DNA of 50,431 bases from an uncultured Anaerolineales bacterium (GTDB lineage: Bacteria > Planctomycetota > Phycisphaerae > FEN-1346). The notes under the pieces are model-generated. The model saw nothing but the letters and a program-made list of their open reading frames with translations. It did no database searches and was not told where the DNA came from. Below, piece by piece: positions 8,052-17,022 of this stretch (within the stretch, counting starts at the first letter, position 1; every line of letters begins with the position of its first letter). Where the stretch lies: positions 1 through 50,431 of the forward strand of contig CAYTJE010000003.1 in assembly GCA_964437855.1 (NCBI GenBank), read 5' to 3'. Made by a program: the position numbers and the translations under genes.

Positions 8052-8260
8052 TGCGGATTCAACTCTGAAACGCAACACGGCCCCCAAGCCCCTGGAGCCC
8101 CGTCGCGTCGGCGTCGGCCTCACTCCCGGCCCGAAGGGCGCCGGGCCGACGCCGAGGCGGCGGGGCGAAAGGGGCCCCCTGGCAGCCTCGGAGCTGAGGC
8201 AGAGGCCCTCAAACGCTCGAAACGTCGTTTGGCAGGTTGCGTTTCAGAGTTGAATCCGCA
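8052..8260. mobile_element. IS30-like MITE (209 bp)
   Basis: Perfect 25-bp terminal inverted repeats tgcggattcaactctgaaacgcaac / gttgcgtttcagagttgaatccgca with TG...CA ends; ccc on both flanks; resembles IS30 ends; no transposase. Confidence 0.85.
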
Positions 8261-8492
8261 CCCTGTTATAGTGGTTGTATCGTACAGGGGCGTCCGGCAG
8301 AGGATCAGTTACGGCTGCCGATCCTTACCTTGTTCCCTTCTTGAATACGCAAACCCTGGTTCGGTCTTGCGCAGTGGTTGGGAAAGGACGCGCGCATTGC
8401 GCACCGCGGAGGGGGTAGGGGTTCAGCCTGTGCACCGGGCCGTCTCTTGCGGTCGGGTTTGGGAACCGACCGGCTCGACGCGGGCGATAGTA

Positions 8493-9371
8493 TCAGAACA
8501 CCACCCCGGCGTAGCCGACGGCGGCGTCGGTGTCGGCCCGACCCGTGCGTTCCATCATCACGTCGAACGAGGTGGTGTAGCGGAGGACGTGTCCCTTGGC
8601 GGCGCCGAGGGTACGGGCGGCGGCGAGGGTGGCGGCAATGGCCCCGGCGCCGCAGGCGTTCATGTGGCGCCTGGCCTCCGGCACGACCTGCTCGGCGTCG
8701 AGGCGGGTCATCAGGTCAAGCATGCGGCGGTCGTTGTCGTCGCGGACCCAGCGGATGGCCGCCTTGCCGAGGCCCTCCGGCGTGAAGCCGTACGGCGGGC
8801 CGTAGTGCGTCAGGTCCGATGAGCCGATGCAGACGGCGTCGGCCTGCCGGTCGCGGATGGCCTGGCCCGCCACCTTGCCGAGGGCTGCGGCCGTGTCGGT
8901 CGGCGGCACGATGATCGGCACGATCTGCGCGTCGGGGCACACGTGCTGGATGAGGGGCAGTTGGACCTCCAGGCTGTGCTCGGTCTCGTGGACGGCGGGG
9001 TCGCTGTCGAGGAGGTCGTCGGCGGCGGCGCGGGAGAGGAGTTCGCCGGCCAGGCGCTCGTCCACCTCCACCTCGCCCAGCGGCGTCCGCCAGACGCCCT
9101 CCGGGAACAGGGCGTTGCCCGGGACGGGCCGATGGGCCGCCCCGAACAGCACGAACGTGGCCGGCCGACGCCGACCCGCGATGGCGCTGAAGACCGCGAA
9201 GGCGGTCTCGCCCGAGAAGAGCCATCCCGCGTGCGGCACGATGCCGGCGACCGGGCGGTCCGGCACGTCCGGTACGGCCTCCGGGACCCGCATTGACCGG
9301 ATGGCGGCCAGGCAGCCGTCGCGGTCCGCGGGGTAGAAGCGGCCGGCGACAACGGATTCACGGACCATCAT
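8493..9371 (-). CDS. amrB: AmmeMemoRadiSam system protein B (MEMO1 family)
   Basis: VAGRFYP, IVPHAG, WRTPLG, EHSLEVQLP, SSDLTHYG, NACG and VGYAG. Confidence 0.92.
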   Translation of the reverse strand: MMVRESVVAGRFYPADRDGCLAAIRSMRVPEAVPDVPDRPVAGIVPHAGWLFSGETAFAVFSAIAGRRRPATFVLFGAAHRPVPGNALFPEGVWRTPLGEVEVDERLAGELLSRAAADDLLDSDPAVHETEHSLEVQLPLIQHVCPDAQIVPIIVPPTDTAAALGKVAGQAIRDRQADAVCIGSSDLTHYGPPYGFTPEGLGKAAIRWVRDDNDRRMLDLMTRLDAEQVVPEARRHMNACGAGAIAATLAAARTLGAAKGHVLRYTTSFDVMMERTGRADTDAAVGYAGVVF

Positions 9372-9428
9372 GACGTGTCCCCCCCCGGCCTGAGGCCTGT
9401 TGGTATGGGTTATGGGCGGTCCATCCGG

Positions 9429-9456
9429 ATGGTACCGCGCCCGGAGCGCTTTGCAA
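9429..9456 (-). promoter_or_regulatory. Possible sigma70 promoter for amrB
   Basis: TTGCAA-N16-TACCAT on the minus strand. Confidence 0.45.
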
Positions 9457-9482
9457 GGAAGAACGTCCGCCCGCGCCGGCCC

Positions 9483-9593
9483 GGGTGTGACAACGGTTCC
9501 CGGAGAGAGTTGAACCCGCTCGTAGCGCCGGGGTTTATCCCCGGCGTACGCCCCAGGGGGCTCGCGGCCGGCGGGCATCAAGTCCGGCGCTAC
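9483..9593. repeat. GTAG-type REPIN with 39-bp extension (copy 2)
   Basis: Colinear with 3249-3358; the terminal ctac overlaps the stop codon of the aspartase-family gene. Confidence 0.85.
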
Positions 9594-11002
9594 CGCGGCG
9601 TCGGATCGTGCGGTTCGGTGACCCGGCGGGGGTCGAGGGCGGCGTCCAGGTCCGCCTCGGTCATCAGGCCCTTCTCCAGGATGAGGTCGCGGACCGTCTT
9701 GCCGGTGGCGACGGCTTCCTTGGCCACCTCGGCCGCCTTCGCGTACCCGATGTGCTGATTCAAGAGGGTCGCGAGGCCGGCGGAGGCCTCGAAGCAGGCC
9801 TGGCACCGCGCCGCATCGGCCTCGATGCCGCGGAGGCACCGCTCGATGACTACCGGTAGAAAGTTCTTCAATATCTGGATGCTGGCCAGGAGGTTGTGGG
9901 CCATGACCGGCATGAAGACGTTCAGTTCCAGTTGGCCGGCCGCCACCGCCTGGGCGACCGCCGCGTCGTGGCCGACCACCTGCATCGCCACCATGTTCAG
10001 GCACTCCAGGATCGACGGGTTCACCTTGCCGGGCATGATGCTGGAGCCGGGCTGGACGGCGGGCAGGCGGATCTCCGCGAGGCCCGTCCTGGGCCCGCTC
10101 GACAGGAGCCGCAGGTCGTTGGCGATGCGCCCGAGTTCCAGCGCCAGGTTCCTGAGGGCGGCGCTGGCGCCGGCGGCCGGGGCCATCGACTGCATCGCGT
10201 GCCGCAGGTCCGAGGCCGGCCGCAGGTCCAGGCCGGCGATGTCCGCCAGGTGGGCCGCGGCCGTCGCGGCGTAATCCGGGTGCGTGTTCAGGCCCGTGCC
10301 GGTGGCCGACCCGCCGAGGGGCACCTCCCGGCACCCGTCCAGGGCGCGGCGGAGGTCCGCGGCCCCGCGCGCCACGGCGGCGGCGTAGGCCGCAAACTCC
10401 TGACCCAGCCGCACGGGGACGGCGTCCTGGAGATGCGTCCGGCCGCTTTTGACGATGCCGTCGAAGGCCCGGCCCTTCTCGGCGAGGGCGTCGGCCAGGG
10501 CGTCGAGGACGGCCGCCAAGAGCGTCCCCTCCAGCCGCACCGCCACGTACATGGCCGTCGGGAACGTGTCGTTCGTCGACTGGCTCATGTTGACGTGGTC
10601 GTTGGGATGGACACGGGCGTAGGAGCCGAGCGGGTGGCCGAGAATCTCGTTGGCCCGGTTGGCGATCACCTCATTGGTGTTCATATTGAAACTGGTGCCG
10701 GCGCCCGCCTGAAACGGGTCGACGACCCACTGGTCCATGAGGCGTCCTTCGTCGAGGACCTCCCGGCAGGCCTGCTCGATGGGGTCGCAGGTGTCCGGGG
10801 CCAACTTGCCGAGATCGCGGTTGGTGCGAGCGGCGGCGAGTTTGACCATGACGCAAGCGCGCACCAGGGCCGGGTGCGCCCGCAGGCCGGAGACGGGGAA
10901 GTTCTCCACGGCCCGCTGCGTCTGGGCGCCCCGGTAGGCGCCGGCGGGCACGCGGACCTCGCCGAGGGTGTCGGTTTCCACCCGGTACGCATCGTCTGGC
11001 AT
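9590..11002 (-). CDS. aspA: Aspartate ammonia-lyase / class II fumarase family lyase, aspartase-like
   Basis: QAGAGTSFNMNTNEVIANRA, SQSTNDTFPT, GRTHLQDA, QPGSSIMPGKVNP and GQLELNV; aspA versus fumC cannot be fully resolved by eye. Confidence 0.8.
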   Translation of the reverse strand: MPDDAYRVETDTLGEVRVPAGAYRGAQTQRAVENFPVSGLRAHPALVRACVMVKLAAARTNRDLGKLAPDTCDPIEQACREVLDEGRLMDQWVVDPFQAGAGTSFNMNTNEVIANRANEILGHPLGSYARVHPNDHVNMSQSTNDTFPTAMYVAVRLEGTLLAAVLDALADALAEKGRAFDGIVKSGRTHLQDAVPVRLGQEFAAYAAAVARGAADLRRALDGCREVPLGGSATGTGLNTHPDYAATAAAHLADIAGLDLRPASDLRHAMQSMAPAAGASAALRNLALELGRIANDLRLLSSGPRTGLAEIRLPAVQPGSSIMPGKVNPSILECLNMVAMQVVGHDAAVAQAVAAGQLELNVFMPVMAHNLLASIQILKNFLPVVIERCLRGIEADAARCQACFEASAGLATLLNQHIGYAKAAEVAKEAVATGKTVRDLILEKGLMTEADLDAALDPRRVTEPHDPTPR

Positions 11003-11028
11003 GGCGTTCGTCCTTCGCGGTTCGGTTC

Positions 11029-11196
11029 TTAACGCAGAGATCGCAGAGCACGCAGAGAACAACAGAGAACGGCCGGGGACTGACTTCGCCGGAGGCGCAG
11101 GCGGTGGTCGCTTTGTGTGAGCCAGCGCCTCCTGTGTACTAAAGTATCATCTCTTTTCTCTACTTTTCTCTGCGCTCTCTGCGCTCTCCGCGGTGA
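11029..11196. repeat. MITE-like element with 31-bp imperfect inverted arms built from 9-bp cgcagagNN units
   Basis: ttaacgcagagatcgcagagcacgcagagaa (11029-11059) versus ttctctgcgctctctgcgctctccgcggtga (11166-11196); AT-richer interior. Confidence 0.75.
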
Positions 11197-11203
11197 CATC
11201 CAT

Positions 11204-11878
11204 TCAGTCGAAACCCCCACCCGGTTTCTGGCCGTAGCGCGAGTGGTACACGTCGTAGAGGCGCTGGGCCTCGTCGGGCGGTATGGGGATGGGGTCGCCC
11301 TTGACCATGGCCAGGTGGACGGTGCGGGCGATGTCCTCGACGACGACCGCGGCCTTCAGGGCGCCGCGGGCGCTCGTGCCGACGGCAAACACGCCGTGGT
11401 TCTGCATCAGGACCGCGGGGCACTGGAGGTCGATGTCGCGGAGGATGCGGACGACCTCCCGCCCGATCTCCGTGCCGCCGATCTTGGCGTACCCGCCGCA
11501 CGGGATCGGCATGCCGAAGGCGTCGCCGTGCTCCGTCAGGACCACCGGGATGCTTTGGCCGAGGGCGGCGAAACTGGACGCATGCGCCGAGTGCGTGTGG
11601 ATGACCGCGTGAACCTCAGCCAGGGCCTCCAGGATCGCCAGGGCGGTGGCGGTATCGACGCTCGGCTTCAGGTCGCCCTCGACGACCGTGCCGTCGAGCC
11701 GGACCACCGGCATCATGCCGGGCTCCATGTCGTCGAAGAGGACGCCGGACGGCTTGACGACCACGAGGCCGCTCTCGGGGTCCCGCTGGCAGACGTTGCC
11801 GCTGGTCCAGGAAACGAGGCCGAGCCTGGGCAGTTGCCGGTTGGCCCAGCAGACGCGTTCCTTGAGGGCTTCGAGCAC
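11204..11878 (-). CDS. araD: L-ribulose-5-phosphate 4-epimerase (class II aldolase family)
   Basis: WTSGNV, VVKPSGV, KPSVDT, HTHS and QNHGVF; GTG start after AAGGA. Confidence 0.88.
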   Translation of the reverse strand: MLEALKERVCWANRQLPRLGLVSWTSGNVCQRDPESGLVVVKPSGVLFDDMEPGMMPVVRLDGTVVEGDLKPSVDTATALAILEALAEVHAVIHTHSAHASSFAALGQSIPVVLTEHGDAFGMPIPCGGYAKIGGTEIGREVVRILRDIDLQCPAVLMQNHGVFAVGTSARGALKAAVVVEDIARTVHLAMVKGDPIPIPPDEAQRLYDVYHSRYGQKPGGGFD

Positions 11879-11925
11879 GGCGGGTTCCTTGTCTGGCGGT
11901 GCGAGCGATGGTCGCCGACGGTCCG

Positions 11926-11954
11926 AGTGTACCATGCCGACGGGGGGATGGGAA
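11926..11954 (-). promoter_or_regulatory. Possible internal extended -10 promoter for araD
   Basis: TTCCCA-N17-TACACT with TG two positions upstream of the -10 box. Confidence 0.4.
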
Positions 11955-11974
11955 GCATTTGGGGCAAGACGCAT

Positions 11975-12143
11975 CGGCGGCGGACAAGACTGCCCACCGC
12001 GCGAGTTCCCGTGTTATGCGCGGCGGGCAGTCTTGCCCGCCGCGATTCTCCTGTCGGCGCGGTGCCCAAGACTGGGCACCGCGCACACGCTTGCCCGCCG
12101 CGATTCTCCTGTCGGCGCGGTGCCCAGGACTGGGCACCGCGCA
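11975..12143. repeat. Cluster of REP hairpins containing a 54-bp direct duplication
   Basis: 12032-12085 and 12090-12143 are identical except at one base; hairpins gcgcggcgggcagtcttgcccgccgcg and gcgcggtgcccaRgactgggcaccgcgc. Confidence 0.85.
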
Positions 12144-12152
12144 TAAGCGTGG

Positions 12153-12842
12153 CTACACTCCGTCCCCGCCCTTCCTCGCCACAAGGCCGCACTCGGGCAG
12201 CCAGGTGACGCGGAGCCGGCCGGGAAGAAAGGCGTTCAGGTAGGTCCAGCGGTCGGCGACCTCGAAGCCGTGGCGGGCGAGTTCGGCCTGCCACTCCGTC
12301 ACGTGTCGCATGCCGATATGTTGTTCCAGGCGGTCGGCGCGGCGATAGACCCATCGGCGGAGGCGGCCGAGGTTCGGCGTGGCCATGCAGAAGCGTCCGG
12401 CGGGGGCGAGGACGCGGCGGACCTCGGCCAGGACGTCGCCCTGTCGCTCCCGGGCGATGTGTTCCAGGACGTCGGTGCAGAGGACGGCGTCGAACCGGCC
12501 GTCCTCGTACGGCAAGAGGGCGGTGCCGTCGGCCATCACGAACTCGGCCCGCGGGAACCGGCGGCTGGCCTGGCCGATGGCCCACTCCGAGACGTCGCAC
12601 CCGCACAGCCGGCGCCCGTCGTCGAACCGCGACAGCAGGAATCCGTACGCGCAGCCGAGGTCGAGCACAGCCCCGGGGCCCGCGTGCGGCAAGAACCAGG
12701 CCGCCAGCCGGTTGAAGTAGGATCCGATGTCGCGGTATCCGCCCCACTGGTAGAAGTAGGAGGTCCGGCCTTCGAAGTAATGCCGGTCGAACTGCATCGA
12801 TTGCCCGCGAGTGACGCCGGCTGGACAGGTTTCTGTGGTCAT
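12153..12842 (-). CDS. Class I SAM-dependent methyltransferase
   Basis: VLDLGCAYG, LPYEDGRFDAV, DVLEH, RVLAPAG and TPN. Confidence 0.88.
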   Translation of the reverse strand: MTTETCPAGVTRGQSMQFDRHYFEGRTSYFYQWGGYRDIGSYFNRLAAWFLPHAGPGAVLDLGCAYGFLLSRFDDGRRLCGCDVSEWAIGQASRRFPRAEFVMADGTALLPYEDGRFDAVLCTDVLEHIARERQGDVLAEVRRVLAPAGRFCMATPNLGRLRRWVYRRADRLEQHIGMRHVTEWQAELARHGFEVADRWTYLNAFLPGRLRVTWLPECGLVARKGGDGV

Positions 12843-12852
12843 CCGCGGGCTC

Positions 12853-14526
12853 TCACTCGACGCCCTTCAGCGCCTTGAGGCGTTTCATGACGTCGCTCGT
12901 GCCGCGGCCGAAATGGTCGTGCAGCGCCTGGTACTCGGCGAAGAGTTGCTCGTACGTCTCGTGGGCATCGGCGTCCGGGGTGTAGGTTGTCTCGCGCACG
13001 CCGGCCATGGCGGCGGCGGCCTCGTCGATGGAATCGTACCCGCCGGCCTTCGTGCCGGCGGCGACGGCCCCGTGCATGGCCGAGCCCAGGGCGCACGTCT
13101 GGGCACTCCTGGCGATGCGGAACGGCCGGTTCGTCACGTCGGAATAAATCTGCATGAGCAGGTCATTGCGTTCGGGCAGACCGCCGCAGCAGTCGATCTC
13201 GTCGACCGCCACGCCCGACGCCTCGAACGCCCGGATGATGGTGTACGTGCCGAAGGCGGTGGCCTCCAGGAGGGCCCGGTACATCTCCTCCGGCCGGGTG
13301 CCCAGGTGCATGCCGAGCATCAGGCCCGTCAGGTCGGCGTCGACCAGGACGCTGCGGTTGCCGTTCCACCAGTCCAGGGCCAGGAGACCGGTCTGGCCGG
13401 GGCGGTAGTCGGCGGCCTTCTCGGTGAGCAGGTCGTGGACCGACAAGCCGCGCGCCGCCGCCTCCTTCTCGTAAGCGGCGCCCGCGCAGGTGCGGACGAA
13501 CCAGGCGAAGATGTCGCCGACGGCCGACTGCCCCGCCTCGAAGCCGAACAGCCCCGGCAGAATCCCGTCCTCCACCACGCCGCACTGACCGGGCACGTGC
13601 TTCTCGGCCAGGCCGCAGACCATGTGGCAGATGCTGGTGCCCATGATCATGACCATCTTGCCGGGACCGGTCACCGTGCAGGCGGGGACGGCCACGTGGG
13701 CGTCGACGTTGCCGGCGGCAACGGCCGTGCCGGGCGCAAGACCGAGGCGGTCGGCCATCGCCGGCGTCAGGCCGCCGGCCTTGGCGCCCAGGGGCAAAAT
13801 CTCGCGCGACATCTTCTCGTCCACGACCTCGGCGAACTCGGAATGCAGGGCCTCGAAGAACTGCCGCCGAGGGAAGCCGTCGCGCTTCGACCAGATGGCC
13901 TTGTAGCCGGCGGTGCAGAGGTTACGGGTCTCGCGGCCGCAGAGTTGCCAGACGATCCAGTCGGCGGCCTCGATGAGGCGGTCGGCGGCGTGGTAGACCG
14001 CGGGGGCCTCGTCCAGGATCTGGAGGGCCTTCGGGACGAACCATTCGCTGGAGATCTTGCCGCCGTACCGCTCGAGCCAGGGTTCGCCCAGTCGGCGGGC
14101 GGTCTCGTTCACGCGGTCGGCCTCGGGCTGGGCGGCGTGGTGCTTCCAGAGTTTGACCCAGGCGTTCGGCTCGCCGCGGAACTCCGGGAGCGTGCACAGC
14201 GGCGTGCCGTCGGCCCGGGTCGGCAGCATGGTGCAGGCGGTGAAGTCCGTGCCGACGCCGATGACCTGCTCCGGCGCGGCGCCGGCGTCGGCGAGGCAGG
14301 CGGGGACCGCCTCCTGGAGGGCCCGCAGGTAGTCGTCGGGGTCCTGGAGGGCCCAGTCGTGGGCGGGCAGGCCGGTGCCGGCCTCGGGCAGGCGGTCGGT
14401 GATCACACCGTGCGAGTATTCGTAGACGGCGGAGGCGACCTCCGAGCCGTCGGCGACGTTGACCAGGACGGCCCGGGCGGACTCGGTTCCGAAATCGATG
14501 CCCAAGGCGTACGTGGCGTCGGCCAT
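12853..14526 (-). CDS. araB: Ribulokinase
   Basis: [47 protein letters not shown] and LDWWNGNRS; AAGGAG ribosome-binding site. Confidence 0.95.
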   Translation of the reverse strand: MADATYALGIDFGTESARAVLVNVADGSEVASAVYEYSHGVITDRLPEAGTGLPAHDWALQDPDDYLRALQEAVPACLADAGAAPEQVIGVGTDFTACTMLPTRADGTPLCTLPEFRGEPNAWVKLWKHHAAQPEADRVNETARRLGEPWLERYGGKISSEWFVPKALQILDEAPAVYHAADRLIEAADWIVWQLCGRETRNLCTAGYKAIWSKRDGFPRRQFFEALHSEFAEVVDEKMSREILPLGAKAGGLTPAMADRLGLAPGTAVAAGNVDAHVAVPACTVTGPGKMVMIMGTSICHMVCGLAEKHVPGQCGVVEDGILPGLFGFEAGQSAVGDIFAWFVRTCAGAAYEKEAAARGLSVHDLLTEKAADYRPGQTGLLALDWWNGNRSVLVDADLTGLMLGMHLGTRPEEMYRALLEATAFGTYTIIRAFEASGVAVDEIDCCGGLPERNDLLMQIYSDVTNRPFRIARSAQTCALGSAMHGAVAAGTKAGGYDSIDEAAAAMAGVRETTYTPDADAHETYEQLFAEYQALHDHFGRGTSDVMKRLKALKGVE

Positions 14527-14804
14527 GGTTGGCTCCTTCCGGGCTGACTGTCGCTGACGGAGGGTGATACCCGCGGCCTCACGGTCGCGGCTCGGGTACG
14601 GTCGCGGCACGGTGCGGCCGCCGGTCGGCGGCGAGCGATTCATTTGTGCCGCGCGGAGCGGTCCGCTGCAAGAAAAAGTCGTGTCGGAGGCGGACCTGGC
14701 GCGGACCGGCCTGTAAGGGGGGCGGCCTCCGGCTGGCCGAAGACGGCGAGCGTCCCGGGTCGCCGCCCGGGACGCTCGGGCGGGCCTGGTGTGGCGGACG
14801 GGGG

Positions 14805-15590
14805 TCAGCCCTGTGGGGCGGCGGTCTCGCTTTCCTCGGTCTCCGGCGCGGGCTCGGCGCCGGTCTCGGGCGGTTTGGGTTCGGAGGGCTGGTCGGTCGT
14901 CTCGTCTTCGGAGGTCTCCTCCCCTTCGCCCTCCGCGGCCTTCATGATGCCGACGGGTCCGAGGGCCTTGGGCCGGAGCCAGCGGATCTTGTCGACGAGG
15001 TAATAGTCGTCGATGCGCCTGAGGTCGGCGGTGAAGACCCAGGGGCCTTGGCGAAGTTGCAGTTTGGGATGGTGGATGTCGGTGTCGACGGCCTTCCAGA
15101 AGAGGCTGGCGTTGCCGATCAGGAGTTGGTAGAGGGCGAAGGACTCCCGTGGCAGCCGGCGGGCGATCCAGGGGCTGAGGGTCCGCTGGGCCACGCCCAC
15201 GGGGTTCCAGCGCCACTGCTTGGCGATGAGGCGGCCGGGTTCCTCCTCGTCGGTGGGCTGGGCCCGTTCGGTGGAGGCGATCTCGACGTAGAGGGCTTCG
15301 TCGAAGGGCTGGGCCGTGTCCAGACCCTCGAGGATTTCCCGGACGCGAGCGTCCAGGAGGTCCGGGTGGTCGCCGAAGACGTCCTTCCAGATGCGCGTGG
15401 CCTCGGAGGTGATCTGGGCGGGCGTCATGGGCTTGCCCGACTCGACCATCTTCTCGTGGAACCGGGCGGAGTACTCCTTGTAAAGTTCCTCGAACTGCTC
15501 CTTGGTCGAGGATTCGGCCGGCTGGGTCTTGCATCCGACAAGGCCCGCGGCCAGCAAAGCCACCAGCAGAGAGAGGAAGACGGTTCGCAT
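14805..15590 (-). CDS. Hypothetical lipoprotein with acidic C-terminal tail
   Basis: GLVGC lipobox, AGGAG ribosome-binding site, typical codon usage. Confidence 0.8.
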   Translation of the reverse strand: MRTVFLSLLVALLAAGLVGCKTQPAESSTKEQFEELYKEYSARFHEKMVESGKPMTPAQITSEATRIWKDVFGDHPDLLDARVREILEGLDTAQPFDEALYVEIASTERAQPTDEEEPGRLIAKQWRWNPVGVAQRTLSPWIARRLPRESFALYQLLIGNASLFWKAVDTDIHHPKLQLRQGPWVFTADLRRIDDYYLVDKIRWLRPKALGPVGIMKAAEGEGEETSEDETTDQPSEPKPPETGAEPAPETEESETAAPQG

Positions 15591-15629
15591 GGCGGTCTCC
15601 TATTCGTTTGAACCCTTTGGCCGACGGCC

Positions 15630-15658
15630 AGCATACGTGGACCGGTGGGGGGTGTCAA
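15630..15658 (-). promoter_or_regulatory. Sigma70 promoter for the lipoprotein gene
   Basis: TTGACA-N17-TATGCT on the minus strand. Confidence 0.7.
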
Positions 15659-15820
15659 GCACCCTGTCATACATCGGGCGGGGGAGGGCGGTGACTTGAG
15701 GGGGAGACGCCGGGTTTTTTTGCAAACACCGCGGCGGTTCATCCGTATGCTATGGTGCATGGGCCGCGGGCGGGTACGCAGGGGCCGGGGGCCGAGGCCG
15801 TAGTGGCCCAAGGCCGGTCG

Positions 15821-15849
15821 TTGACATCCCCCCCCGCTTGCCTTAAGAT
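15821..15849 (+). promoter_or_regulatory. Sigma70 promoter for the VWA-ExbBD locus
   Basis: TTGACA-N17-TAAGAT, followed by a GGAGGT ribosome-binding site before ATG 15886. Confidence 0.7.
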
Positions 15850-15885
15850 AACGCCCTGGTTTGACCGGACGAGGGAGGTGGTCCG

Positions 15886-17022
15886 ATGGCCTTTCGATTC
15901 CGCTGTACGAACTGCGGAAAGCGGGTCACGGTGAACGAAGCGCCCGGAACGGACGTGACGTGCCCGCACTGCAACCAGGGGATGACCGTGCCGGACGACG
16001 CCCAGCCGATGGAGGGCGGGGCGCCGGCCGAGCCGGAGCCCGTGGAGGCGGCCGAGGCCCTCCAGGCGGAGGCCGGGCCCCCGCCGGAGGAGGAGGCCCC
16101 GGAGGAGGAAGAGGCCGAGGAAGAGGAAGAAGAAACCGGCATGGACACGGTCATGGGCTGGCTGGCCCTGTACGTGCCCAGTTGGGGGACCAGCCTCGTC
16201 CTCCACATCGCCGTCGCCCTGCTCGCGTACTTCGTGGTCTGGCAGGAGCAGCAGTACCTCCAGGAGTTCAAGTACGAGAGCGGGGTCGAGACCGTGAAGA
16301 AGCACAAGACGAAGGTGCGCAAGCGGGTGAAGAAGGACGAATCGCGCGGCAAGATGAAGCCCCAGCCGACGAGCATCGTCCGGGCCCCCACGCAGAACCC
16401 GGTGCCGGACGTGGCCTCGAACAACCTGGAGATCCTGAACGTGATCGGCGTGGGCGGCGGGGGCGACGTGCTCGGCGGATGGGAAGGCTTGGGCACGGGC
16501 CGCGGCTTCTTCGGCACCGGCGACATCGAGGTGGCGCACAAAATCGTCTACGTGGTGGACCGGTCGGGGTCGATGACCGACTCGATCGATTACGTGAAGT
16601 TTGAACTGAAGCGGTCGATCGGGGAGTTGGGGGAGGACTCCGAGTTCCACGTCATCTTCTATTCGTCCGGTCCGCCGGTCGAGATGCCGACGCGTCGGCT
16701 GGTTCCCGCGACCGAGCGCAACAAGGAGTTGGCCTTCGAGTTCATCGACGGTATCATCGCGCAGGGCGAGACGGACCCCTCGAAGGCCCTGGACCGCGCC
16801 TTCAGCGTGGGCCCGGAACTGGTGTATCTGCTGACCGACGGCGAGTTCGACAAGGCCATCGTCGACCGCGTCAAGCGATTGAACGCCGGCGGCGAGGTGA
16901 CCGTCCACACCATCGGCTTCCTCTACCAGGTGGGCGAGAAGGTCCTGAAGCAGATTGCGAAACAGAACAATGGCAGTTACAAGTTTGTCTCCGAGGCGGA
17001 CCTTGCGACGCTGGCCGAGTAA
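15886..17022 (+). CDS. Zn-ribbon, acidic linker, transmembrane helix and VWA domain protein
   Basis: CTNC...CPHC, Glu-rich linker, SLVLHIAVALL helix, MIDAS motif VVDRSGSM...GET...LLTDG. Confidence 0.88.
   Translation: MAFRFRCTNCGKRVTVNEAPGTDVTCPHCNQGMTVPDDAQPMEGGAPAEPEPVEAAEALQAEAGPPPEEEAPEEEEAEEEEEETGMDTVMGWLALYVPSWGTSLVLHIAVALLAYFVVWQEQQYLQEFKYESGVETVKKHKTKVRKRVKKDESRGKMKPQPTSIVRAPTQNPVPDVASNNLEILNVIGVGGGGDVLGGWEGLGTGRGFFGTGDIEVAHKIVYVVDRSGSMTDSIDYVKFELKRSIGELGEDSEFHVIFYSSGPPVEMPTRRLVPATERNKELAFEFIDGIIAQGETDPSKALDRAFSVGPELVYLLTDGEFDKAIVDRVKRLNAGGEVTVHTIGFLYQVGEKVLKQIAKQNNGSYKFVSEADLATLAE

Noticed and set aside
7989-8822. 277-aa ORF crossing the MITE as a transposase remnant
   Set aside because: No DDE or helix-turn-helix similarity, and it runs antisense into amrB
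8493-10334. 613-aa amrB ORF and 893-aa araB ORF (12853-15534) as domain fusions
   Set aside because: The N-terminal extensions overlap other genes in a different frame; the real starts are 9371 and 14526
11975-12143. Possible CRISPR array
   Set aside because: Only two direct units with no unique spacers, no cas genes, and the hairpins belong to a dispersed repeat family
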